A DNA stretch of 51,421 nt from Candidatus Magasanikiibacteriota bacterium (GCA_023246655.1 JAHFHX010000007.1:1-51421), one strand, 5' to 3'. Counted from the first letter of the stretch, positions 32,948-40,817 are shown. Numbers and translations: made by a program. The notes: generated by a model from the sequence alone, not told the origin.

Positions 32948-33250
32948 CATTTGTTATAACTAAGCAAGGTAACAAATAGAAATTACTTATCTTACATTAG
33001 CCAAATATAGGGTTTTGCGTCTAGATGCGTTTACAGCACATTTGGGCGTAGAACCTTAGGGTTCTATAAGTTCTTTACAATAATGGATTTGCTCAAAGTA
33101 GTGTCTTAGGGTGGAGCCAATGAGACCTTGATATTTTAGGGAATAGTAAATAGCTGTTTTCTTAAATATCAAGGTCTATGCTGCCACGCCCACCGCCATC
33201 ACGGCGAATGGGATAACGTTGCAGCAGCAGAGTTTCGCGAAGGAGGCCCC

Positions 33251-34063
33251 ATGTTGCCCGAGACCACCCCCCCCGTCATCAAGTTTGATTTTCCTTCCCT
33301 CGACGCGCAGGCTGCGATGTGGCGCCGTGTCGCCATCATCGTCGCCGTCGTCGCGACGGTGATCTGCGCCTCCCTCGGCGCCCTGGCCGGCGCCGTGCAG
33401 TACCGGCGCAACCAGGACGCCGCGGCCTGCCAGCACAACAGCGCCCCCCCCGCCGCGCAGCCGGCCGTCGCCATCGCGTCCCGGAAGGCCGTCGAGGCGC
33501 CCACGCCGTCGCCCACTCCCGCCCCGAAGGTGGCCAAGCGGCACCGCCGCACGCGCCTCACCCCGCCGGTCATCGCACCGCTCGTGATCGAGCCGGCCGC
33601 GGACCTCGCCGCGATCCTCGCTAAGTCGGGGGGCATCGGCACCGCCGGCATCCTGGCGGAGTTCCGCCCCCTCCAGCCCCGCGGCATCGGCGCCCCCCGC
33701 TTTCGATCGCTCGGCGGGCAAGACCCGACAGCTCTTGAGGAGCTCGAGGCGGCTCCAATTACCGTTCGGGGCCACCTCGAAATCGACCTCAGCGACGAGG
33801 TTGAGACGCCGCCGCAGCTGGCGGTCTTCGTCGGGGCCTTCCCCGGCGAGGAGCCTCGCGAGATGAACCTCGCCCTGCTCCACCGGAGCATCGAGCGCCG
33901 GCTTGCGGAGCTGAAGGCGAACCCGCCCCCGGCCGCGCCGGCCGAGCACGCCCCCACCTTCGTGGAGGAGCCGTGCCACCCAGTCGACGAGATGACCGGG
34001 TACTGCGCCCGCAAGAAGGCGGCCGACCCCGGGTGGGGATGGTCGCCTCCGGCCGGCAACTAA
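33251..34063 (+). CDS. GC-rich hypothetical single-TM Pro/Ala-rich protein
   Basis: SD aggagg at 33241, G/C-ending codons in this frame, TM VAIIVAVVATVICASLGALAGAV. Confidence 0.7.
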   Translation: MLPETTPPVIKFDFPSLDAQAAMWRRVAIIVAVVATVICASLGALAGAVQYRRNQDAAACQHNSAPPAAQPAVAIASRKAVEAPTPSPTPAPKVAKRHRRTRLTPPVIAPLVIEPAADLAAILAKSGGIGTAGILAEFRPLQPRGIGAPRFRSLGGQDPTALEELEAAPITVRGHLEIDLSDEVETPPQLAVFVGAFPGEEPREMNLALLHRSIERRLAELKANPPPAAPAEHAPTFVEEPCHPVDEMTGYCARKKAADPGWGWSPPAGN

Positions 34064-34208
34064 CCCCGGCACAGCAGGGGGGGCAAGGGCCGAGCAAATC
34101 CCGTCCCGCCGCACCATCGCTGGTGCAGGCGGGCGAAGTAGCGCGGGGGACGATTCAGACGTCCCCCCATCAATCCTTGTTCATAATTATATTGTGACCA
34201 GAGATTAT

Positions 34209-34245
34209 AAAAAATCCTCCCAACTAAGTTTGGGAGGATTTTTTT
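34209..34245. terminator. Bidirectional terminator
   Basis: aaaaaatcctccca...tgggaggattttttt between convergent genes. Confidence 0.8.
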
Positions 34246-34247
34246 AA

Positions 34248-36038
34248 TTACACATTTTTTACCATATACGTTTTTTGCAGTCGGTATCCAAGGTGGCGAT
34301 AATAATCACGGACGCCCACCCCAGAGATAACAGCCAGTTTGTGTAGCTTCTGTTTTTTAACAATCCGTTCTGCCTCGTGCACCAACTTTTTTCCAAGGCC
34401 GGTATGTTGGGTTAATTCCTTTTGATGTTTACCAATGCCCACGAGTTGGCCATAGGTGTGGAGTTCGCGGATGTAGGCGGCGAAGGGTCTTTGTTTGTCA
34501 TTCTGAGGCGGAGCCGAAGAATCTAGTTGTCGCGAACTAGATCCTTCGCTTCGCTCTGGATGACAGATACGAAGTCGGCAAAACGCAAACACTACCTGTC
34601 GTTTGGTATCTTCGAAGCTTAAAAAATATTCCGTGCCGCCGTGTGTCTTATAGTGGTCAACAAATAATTTCGGTTTCAAATTTTGTATCGTTTTATATGT
34701 ATCGTGTATCATGTTCGCGGCGTGCCCAATTTCTCGGCATCGCAAACATTTACAGGCGCGGCCTTCTTTTTTTAATTCCGCTTGAATCACTTGCCGCAAG
34801 TTTGTTACCTTGTTTCCGTTTTCAATATATTGCCCGGGAATATCGCGAATGAGGCGGGAGATGCGGCAGTAGCGGGGGACAGTGGTTTTAAATTCTTTAA
34901 GAATTCGAATGAGATCTTCCGTGGGGTACGTCTTAAATTTTCCGGCTCTGAACCAATCGTACAACTCTGAACCCTTAACCACCGAGCACGGGTAAATTTT
35001 AATCATGTCGGGGCGGTATCCTGGGTCGGTAAAAATAGTTTTAAGCATTGCCAAATCAGTTTCTGGTGTTGCGCCCGGGAGTTGGGGCATAAGGTGAAAG
35101 TCTGTTTTAAAGCCGTAATTACGAAGTAGCTCGGCGGCATCTTTCGCCTGTTCGGCGCTATGGCCGCGTTTCGTTAATTTTAAAATGTCGTTATCCGTAT
35201 GCTGAATTCCCAGTTCAATTCTGGTCGTGCCCATCTCCCGCATTTGCCACATTGATTTTGGAGTAATACAATCCGGCCGCGTCTCCAGCGTGAGGCCGAT
35301 AATTCGGTGCTTGGCATGTTCATTAAGTCGTTGTTGCTGTTTAAGCTCATCCCGAAGATCAGCGAGCGAGGAATTTTCGGTCAACTTCAATTCCCCCCTC
35401 GAGGGGGGTAGTGGGGGTGTAAGACCGTTGCGTCGTAAAAGGTAGGTGAGTGGCGAACCACGCAGAGGACTCACACCCCCCATGAGCCCCCCTCGAGGGG
35501 GGAATTCATTACACGCTTTGAACGACTCCAGCACAAACCAGTATTGGTAGGGCAGGGGATATGAATTCCAGGTGCCACCTTTGATGATGAGTTCAATTTT
35601 ATCGGTGGGGTGGCCATTATTCTCCAAGGCCTCAATGCGCCTGGCCATTTGTTCGTAGGGGTCAAATTTTAAGGCAAGCGCTCGCATGGCGGCTGGTTCT
35701 TCCGATAAGTAACTTTTTGGCATTCGTTCATCCAATGGGCAATACACACATTGCCCAGGGCAGGGGTAAGGTTTTACCAATGAGGTGACAATAGTGACCC
35801 CCGAGAGCGTGCGCACCGCTCGGCGTGTGAGGAGTTTTTCTAAATTTTTATTTGGCTGAATGTTTTTATTTTTTAAAAGTTTGTGGTACGCTGAAAGGAG
35901 TTCAGTTTTGGTTGGTAACGGCGAGCCCCTTTTTCCTGGTATGCCCCTGGACAGTTGCCGTTTAAGGATATTAAAATCAACCTCATTTTTAAGAGGATTT
36001 GTAAGAGCAGCGAGAATAATTTTTTCTGTGAGGGACAT
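34248..36038 (-). CDS. elp3: Elp3 radical SAM/KAT tRNA uridine(34) carboxymethylase with two in-frame palindromic insertions
   Basis: VRTLSGV, CPGQCVYCP, PKSY, ETRPD, ELGIQ, KIYP, RLIRDIP, C.CLRCRE, RELHTYG, QHTGLGKKL, VISGVGVRDYY. Confidence 0.93.
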   Translation of the reverse strand: MSLTEKIILAALTNPLKNEVDFNILKRQLSRGIPGKRGSPLPTKTELLSAYHKLLKNKNIQPNKNLEKLLTRRAVRTLSGVTIVTSLVKPYPCPGQCVYCPLDERMPKSYLSEEPAAMRALALKFDPYEQMARRIEALENNGHPTDKIELIIKGGTWNSYPLPYQYWFVLESFKACNEFPPRGGLMGGVSPLRGSPLTYLLRRNGLTPPLPPSRGELKLTENSSLADLRDELKQQQRLNEHAKHRIIGLTLETRPDCITPKSMWQMREMGTTRIELGIQHTDNDILKLTKRGHSAEQAKDAAELLRNYGFKTDFHLMPQLPGATPETDLAMLKTIFTDPGYRPDMIKIYPCSVVKGSELYDWFRAGKFKTYPTEDLIRILKEFKTTVPRYCRISRLIRDIPGQYIENGNKVTNLRQVIQAELKKEGRACKCLRCREIGHAANMIHDTYKTIQNLKPKLFVDHYKTHGGTEYFLSFEDTKRQVVFAFCRLRICHPERSEGSSSRQLDSSAPPQNDKQRPFAAYIRELHTYGQLVGIGKHQKELTQHTGLGKKLVHEAERIVKKQKLHKLAVISGVGVRDYYRHLGYRLQKTYMVKNV

Positions 36039-36044
36039 TACATT

Positions 36045-36597
36045 TAATGCTAATAACGAATGTATGCAAATCTACCAATGTGCGAATTAATAGTGTGAGT
36101 AATTTATAGCAAGCATATACTATTATGGCTTATCTTGTCCATCCTGAATTGTCCTATCAAGTTGTTGGTATTCTGTATGAGGCACATAATGAAGTCAGCA
36201 GGTTCAGTAGCGAACAAGAAATAGGGGATATAATTGCTTTGCGATTAAAAATCGTAGGAATACCGTTTGTGAGAGAGTTTAATTTGCAGCCAATCCATCG
36301 GGGGGAACACAACGGCAGGCATCGAGTAGATTTTTTAATAGAAGATAAAATTGTATTAGAAATAAAAACTAAAAAATTTTTGACTAAAGAGGACTATTAC
36401 CAAGTACAACGCTACCTTAAACATCTGAATTTGAAGTTGGGAATTTTAGTAAATTTTAGAGATGAACGCCTTCATCCAAAACGTATCCTAAATAGTGTCG
36501 GCAAGGAATAAGCCTTTTTTAATTATGCTGCTGTAATTATTAGTTGGTATTATTATTCGCACATTAGTAGATTTGCATACATTCGTTATTAGCATTA
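36045..36597. mobile_element. Inverted-repeat-bounded GxxExxY cassette
   Basis: 43-bp inverted repeats at 36045-36087 and 36555-36597 (one mismatch) enclosing a single gene. Confidence 0.65.
36125..36511 (+). CDS. GxxExxY family PD-(D/E)XK nuclease-like protein
   Basis: ELSYQVVGILYEAHNE, RVDFLIEDKIVLEIK, QVQRYL...LKLGILVNF; namesake motif degenerate (RFSSEQEI). Confidence 0.88.
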   Translation: MAYLVHPELSYQVVGILYEAHNEVSRFSSEQEIGDIIALRLKIVGIPFVREFNLQPIHRGEHNGRHRVDFLIEDKIVLEIKTKKFLTKEDYYQVQRYLKHLNLKLGILVNFRDERLHPKRILNSVGKE

Positions 36598-36598
36598 T

Positions 36599-37303
36599 AT
36601 GCATCATCTTATACAAAAAACCCGCCAAGATTACAATAAAATCGCTCAGCACTTCTCTGGCACGCGGTATGATGTGTGGCCGGAACTAGAACAGTTTAAA
36701 CCACTTATTAAAGATGGTCAACGGATTTTGGATTGGGGGTGTGGGAACGGCCGACTGCTGCTTTTAATTGGAGAAAGGGCGGCGCATTATGTAGGGGTTG
36801 ACCAGAGCATAGAGCTGTTAAAAATTGCTCGGCACAAGCACCTATTAGCGATAAAAGCTGGGCGAGCACGATTCTACTCAACGGCCCGGCGTGAAAAAAA
36901 GTTTCCCTCAAACTATTTTGATTTGGTTTTTATGGTGGCTTCATTTCATCATCTACCGGATAGTGCTAGTCGTTTGGCGTTACTTAAAAAGGTGCAGCAG
37001 GAATTAAAGCCAGAGGGAAAGCTTGTTATAACCGTGTGGAATTTAAGCAGTACGTGGGCTCGCCAGGTGTTACAAAAGAAGGGCTGGCATCAGATTGGTA
37101 AACAAGATTTTCTAATTCCTTGGAAAGATAACCGTACCGGGAAAGTTATTGTCGAACGGTATTATCATCATTGTACCCCCACCGAAATGCGTGGCCTGCT
37201 TAAAGAAGCTGGCTTTAAGGTCATAAGGCTTGGGTATGGCCCGGGGGTTAAGACCAGCGAAAGAAAAGGCCGTAACCTCATTGTGGTGGCTACTAAAAAG
37301 TAA
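36599..37303 (+). CDS. Class I SAM methyltransferase, Trm9/ALKBH8-like
   Basis: YNKIAQHFSGTR..W, LDWGCGNGR, ASFHH, LITVW-like LVITVW, DFLIPW, RYYH, N..VVATK. Confidence 0.8.
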   Translation: MHHLIQKTRQDYNKIAQHFSGTRYDVWPELEQFKPLIKDGQRILDWGCGNGRLLLLIGERAAHYVGVDQSIELLKIARHKHLLAIKAGRARFYSTARREKKFPSNYFDLVFMVASFHHLPDSASRLALLKKVQQELKPEGKLVITVWNLSSTWARQVLQKKGWHQIGKQDFLIPWKDNRTGKVIVERYYHHCTPTEMRGLLKEAGFKVIRLGYGPGVKTSERKGRNLIVVATKK

Positions 37304-37328
37304 ATCCTCCCAATTGCGGGAGGATTTA
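37301..37328. terminator. Hairpin between convergent genes
   Basis: taaatcctccc-aattgc-gggaggattta. Confidence 0.7.
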
Positions 37329-38486
37329 AGCGACTTTGAGATGGGACGTCAGGGGGGTTTCTGGTGTACACGGGCGAGCATAGAGCCGCTCGGTTTTTTT
37401 AACCAACTCAGTCCACGTGTAGTGTTCACGCACCGTCTGGCTATTTTTTTGGCCGGCGGTGGCCAAGAGGGAAGGGTTTTTAATAAGTTCAATAATTTTA
37501 TCAGCTAAGTCGGCTACGCTCGTGTTCGTAAACCAGAAACGGTTATCGGTAATTAATTCTTGGTGTTCGGGAATATTAGAAACCAGCGCTGGTCGGCCAT
37601 AGGCCATCGCTTGGAGCACGGTGAGCGGCAAGCCTTCGTTTTCCGATGGATGAATAAAGAGCCCCGCATGTGCATAGAGCTGTTCCAGTGGTTCCCCCGA
37701 AAGCCAGTCGGTAAAGATAATGCTGTGGTCATCGTGTGCCAACTCGTGGAGCTCCTCAACATAATCATCGGTAAAAGCACTTCCACCTACTATGATCAGT
37801 TTATAATCTTTAAGGAGTTGAGGATATTGTTTTTTGGCAAAGCTCCAGGCCGCTACCAAATAATGAGCGCCTTTGTGGCGTACTAACCGAGACACCATGA
37901 GCACATATTTTTGGGGGGCAATGTGCCAACGGGGCAGAAGGTTAGTTGCAGCCACGGCAGGAATGGTGGTGCCATTGGGAATGAGGGAAGTATTTTTTTG
38001 GTATTCATTAAGACAATAACTATGGATAGTTTTGGAGACAGAAATTGTTTCGTGTGGAAAAAGACAGGCCGCCAATTCTCCCCAGCGCAACGCCAAGCGA
38101 GCCAACCAACCCCATTTTTGATGATAGCGATCAATACAGTGGAACGTTGCTATTACTTTAATCCGTGGCGATAACAGTCGGGGCAGCCAGCTTAACAGTG
38201 ATGGACCAACGCCATGGTAATGAATAACATCCACTTTTTGGAAAAGGGCGTGGATGGTAGCAGATAAGGTATGGGTTAAGGCATCTAAATGTTTGGTATG
38301 AATGGTGGGAGTATGTATCACCATAGTGCCACGCTGTCGGCCAGTGGCTGGGGAATACCATTTGCGCGCATATACCAAAACATTATGGCCTTGGGTGGCC
38401 AATTCAGTCGCCAAATCTTCTACGTGGCGTTCAATGCCACCGTAGAGAGCGGGGATTCCTTTTTGTCCAATCATGGCAATACGCAT
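37326..38486 (-). CDS. Glycosyltransferase family 4
   Basis: MRIAMIGQKGIPALYGGIE, SRLVRHKG, PSENEGLPLTVLQAMAYG. Confidence 0.92.
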   Translation of the reverse strand: MRIAMIGQKGIPALYGGIERHVEDLATELATQGHNVLVYARKWYSPATGRQRGTMVIHTPTIHTKHLDALTHTLSATIHALFQKVDVIHYHGVGPSLLSWLPRLLSPRIKVIATFHCIDRYHQKWGWLARLALRWGELAACLFPHETISVSKTIHSYCLNEYQKNTSLIPNGTTIPAVAATNLLPRWHIAPQKYVLMVSRLVRHKGAHYLVAAWSFAKKQYPQLLKDYKLIIVGGSAFTDDYVEELHELAHDDHSIIFTDWLSGEPLEQLYAHAGLFIHPSENEGLPLTVLQAMAYGRPALVSNIPEHQELITDNRFWFTNTSVADLADKIIELIKNPSLLATAGQKNSQTVREHYTWTELVKKTERLYARPCTPETPLTSHLKVA

Positions 38487-38708
38487 AGTTTAATGCTAGA
38501 AAGTTGGTAACAATAGCACATTTTTATCTATTTGTCAAGCTGAAAGCAATCGATTTTATAATCAGGCTACCATGAGGATATGCGAAATAGAAAGCTGCGA
38601 AAGGATAATTGATTTTTCGCGTATTAAAAAAATAAAACTTCTGTTAAGAGAAGTGGGGGTGGGAGCGTGCAGCCGGCCTTGTTAGGCTAGTATGCACACT
38701 CCCGGTGG

Positions 38709-39236
38709 TCAGTGCCGGTGGTGGTGCCGGCGGTGATGCTCGTGGTGATGGTGCCGGTGTCGCTTGGGCGCCGTCGGCACGTCTGCCGGTTCGGGCTCGG
38801 CCGCTTCCGGCGTGGCGGCCTCCGCCTGGCTCGGCGGGGCAGACAGTGCCGCCGGCTGCGGTGCTGCTGCGGCCGGCGCGCTGTCAGCAGCCGCATCGGC
38901 TGCAGTTGCGCCTGCGTCCGGCGGCGGGGGCAGGTCGGCCGGAGCGGCGAGCACCGCGTCGGTCACGGCTGCGCCTGCGTCCGGCGGGACGCGCAGATCG
39001 GCGGGAGCGTGGGCCGCATCGGCCGCGGTCCCTGCGTCCGCCGCTGCGTAGCGGGGTTCCACCGGCGTGGGTGCCGGCGGGGCGGGCGAGTCGGGGATAT
39101 AGATGGCGCCCGTGATGATGAGCGCCAAGAGGAGAAGACAAAAAACTCCCACCCACGGCCTGGACCGCTCGATGAGCGGGTCCAGGTGCTTCTCGTCGAA
39201 CTGGTCCATGCGGACCAAGAGCTTTTGCAACCACAT
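38709..39236 (-). CDS. GC-rich single-TM protein with DAG repeats and a His/Arg tail
   Basis: SD aaggagga upstream of ATG 39236; TM WVGVFCLLLLALIITGAIYI; PPDAG repeats; KRHRHHHHEHHRRHHHRH. Confidence 0.7.
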   Translation of the reverse strand: MWLQKLLVRMDQFDEKHLDPLIERSRPWVGVFCLLLLALIITGAIYIPDSPAPPAPTPVEPRYAAADAGTAADAAHAPADLRVPPDAGAAVTDAVLAAPADLPPPPDAGATAADAAADSAPAAAAPQPAALSAPPSQAEAATPEAAEPEPADVPTAPKRHRHHHHEHHRRHHHRH

Positions 39237-39371
39237 GATTTTTTCCTCCTTGGTTAATTTAATAACTACCACAAAAATAGGCTTTTGTCAATGGCAGATG
39301 AGTCAAATTTTAGGTTGTGGATAAGTAGCCTTGAGAGATATAAAAAACTTTGTTATGGTAGTTATAGATTT

Positions 39372-39476
39372 ATGCACAAACATCACTCCAACAATTTGGC
39401 TCTCATTTGCAAGGTGACAAAGGTCTCCTTCATTTTGGTACGTCAATTAAAGTCTTGGGGTGAAAGTAGTCATTAA
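39372..39476 (+). CDS. Putative leader peptide MHKHHSNNLALICKVTKVSFILVRQLKSWGESSH
   Basis: Just downstream of TTGAGA-17-TATGGT; 3' end overlaps an antiterminator arm. Confidence 0.5.
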   Translation: MHKHHSNNLALICKVTKVSFILVRQLKSWGESSH

Positions 39477-39563
39477 GAAAGCTGCCAACAGATTAAGAAA
39501 GAAACAGCACTAGTGATACTAAACCATCACCCTGAAGACTAACCGTCCAGGGTGATTTTCTTT
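39451..39563 (+). promoter_or_regulatory. Attenuator-like switch 1
   Basis: agtcttggggtga/tcaccctgaagact competes with terminator atcaccctg/cagggtgat-tttcttt. Confidence 0.6.
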
Positions 39564-39589
39564 AGTAGAAAAAATTGTTCTTTACATAT

Positions 39590-39925
39590 AGTGCGTTTGG
39601 CTCAGGTTATTAAGACTCACTTAAATAAGTGATTCTGGATAACCTGAGTCAAAACACTTGCCTTGGGCAGAGAATTCTTCGGTAGAGGAAACCGGAGCTC
39701 TAGCTTTGGCAAGTGTCAACGCATTCACTCCGCTCCGAAGGGAGCGGAAAACCAACCTGAAAGGAGGTGGTTACAATGCAATGCCCCCAGGTTTGGGGGG
39801 AGGGTTTTTCCGACGAGTTTTTCCTTAAAATAACTCGTCAACCAATGAGTCTCTAAAATCTTTGGAGATTGATTGGTAGAAATTAAACCAAGCCTTTTGA
39901 TTTGGAGATCCAAAGCAAAAGGCAA
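39590..39925 (+). ncRNA. Densely structured putative RNA (leader or ncRNA)
   Basis: At least seven consecutive stems, e.g. ctcaggttat/ataacctgag, acacttgcc/ggcaagtgt, tccgctcc/ggagcgga, gacgagtt/aactcgtc, gccttttg/caaaaggc. Confidence 0.5.
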
Positions 39926-39937
39926 AGGAGGATCGAA

Positions 39938-40207
39938 TTGTCAAGCAACGGAGGCGGGGTCGCCATGACCCCGGATGAAGAAGCAAATTACACCCGGTGG
40001 CGGCACGAAAGTGCCGACACCAAGTTCAAGAGTTTTGAGCTGCTCCCCGTGCCGCAGGCCGTGATCCGTCTGCCCTGCGGCTGTACGAATGGGCGCGGCC
40101 AGGAGCAGCTCTGGGTCGAGCGTGACCCCAAGAGCCCGCAGCGGCCCGCGCCGCTCAAATGTCGCCGCTGCCAGGCGACGCTCCCCGCGGTTCCGCGCCG
40201 CCCTTGA
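39938..40207 (+). CDS. GC-rich small protein with CxC...CxxC (possible Zn ribbon)
   Basis: SD aaggagg before TTG 39938 (alternative ATG 39965); LPCGC...KCRRC. Confidence 0.55.
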   Translation: MSSNGGGVAMTPDEEANYTRWRHESADTKFKSFELLPVPQAVIRLPCGCTNGRGQEQLWVERDPKSPQRPAPLKCRRCQATLPAVPRRP

Positions 40208-40349
40208 GGAGGAATTTTTCTCTGGGAGGGTACCCAACCAATGGTGCTGCCCTCCCCCCTATATACAATTAAATTTTACTCACCAGCGAATCTCTAAAGA
40301 TATTCGGAGATTAGCTGGTGTGTAGCAATGCACCAGAAAGGAAAAAGGC

Positions 40350-40445
40350 ATGGACCCGGTGCCAATTGAATGCCCCGGCCCGTACGGGCAGCCTCGCCCG
40401 CGGCCGAAACCTCGGCCCAAACCCCTGCCTCCCAAGCCGAATTGA
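40350..40445 (+). CDS. 31-aa Pro/Arg/Lys-rich peptide MDPVPIECPGPYGQPRPRPKPRPKPLPPKPN
   Basis: aaagga SD, ATG 40350, TGA 40443; translated by hand. Confidence 0.5.
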   Translation: MDPVPIECPGPYGQPRPRPKPRPKPLPPKPN

Positions 40446-40525
40446 TCCCGCCCCGTGTGCTGGGATCGCACTCCGGGGGCCGCCGTCACACGCGGTTGTG
40501 CCCCCACTCTCCATCATTAAAAGCC

Positions 40526-40555
40526 TTGACAGGTTTATATAAAATAACATAGAAT
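40526..40555 (+). promoter_or_regulatory. Sigma70 promoter
   Basis: TTGACA-18-TAGAAT. Confidence 0.65.
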
Positions 40556-40568
40556 GTTGGAATCATTT

Positions 40569-40655
40569 ATGACCGCTTCGCAAAACTTTGTTATTATTAC
40601 GATCATTGTAGCCCTCTTGTTGCCGTGGGGTGATTATGGTGTTGTCAAAAGATAA
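40569..40655 (+). CDS. Putative attenuator leader peptide MTASQNFVIITIIVALLLPWGDYGVVKR
   Basis: Ile/Val/Leu run, starts just after the promoter, overlaps the antiterminator. Confidence 0.6.
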   Translation: MTASQNFVIITIIVALLLPWGDYGVVKR

Positions 40656-40705
40656 CGAAACACAAAACCATAATCACCCCTGAGGCAACTCGGGGGTTTT
40701 TGTTT
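40627..40705 (+). promoter_or_regulatory. Attenuator-like switch 2
   Basis: 14-bp ggggtgattatggt/accataatcacccc competes with terminator acccctgag-GCAA-ctcgggggt-ttttgttt. Confidence 0.7.
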
Positions 40706-40817
40706 AAATTGTTCTTTCCACCAGTTCTCAATCGCTCAGCCAAAAGGGAATATTGTTTCTTTTTGAATGAGCGATTGGGACGAAAGTTTTAAAAGCTCAG
40801 AGACACGAGGAGTCAAC

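Noticed and set aside
33176-34117. Long antisense ORFs over the GC-rich gene
   Set aside because: Expected from stop-codon scarcity; only the 33251 frame has SD, promoter and TM
38705-39257. Plus-strand ORFs over the DAG-repeat gene
   Set aside because: GC-rich shadow frames lacking SD or promoter
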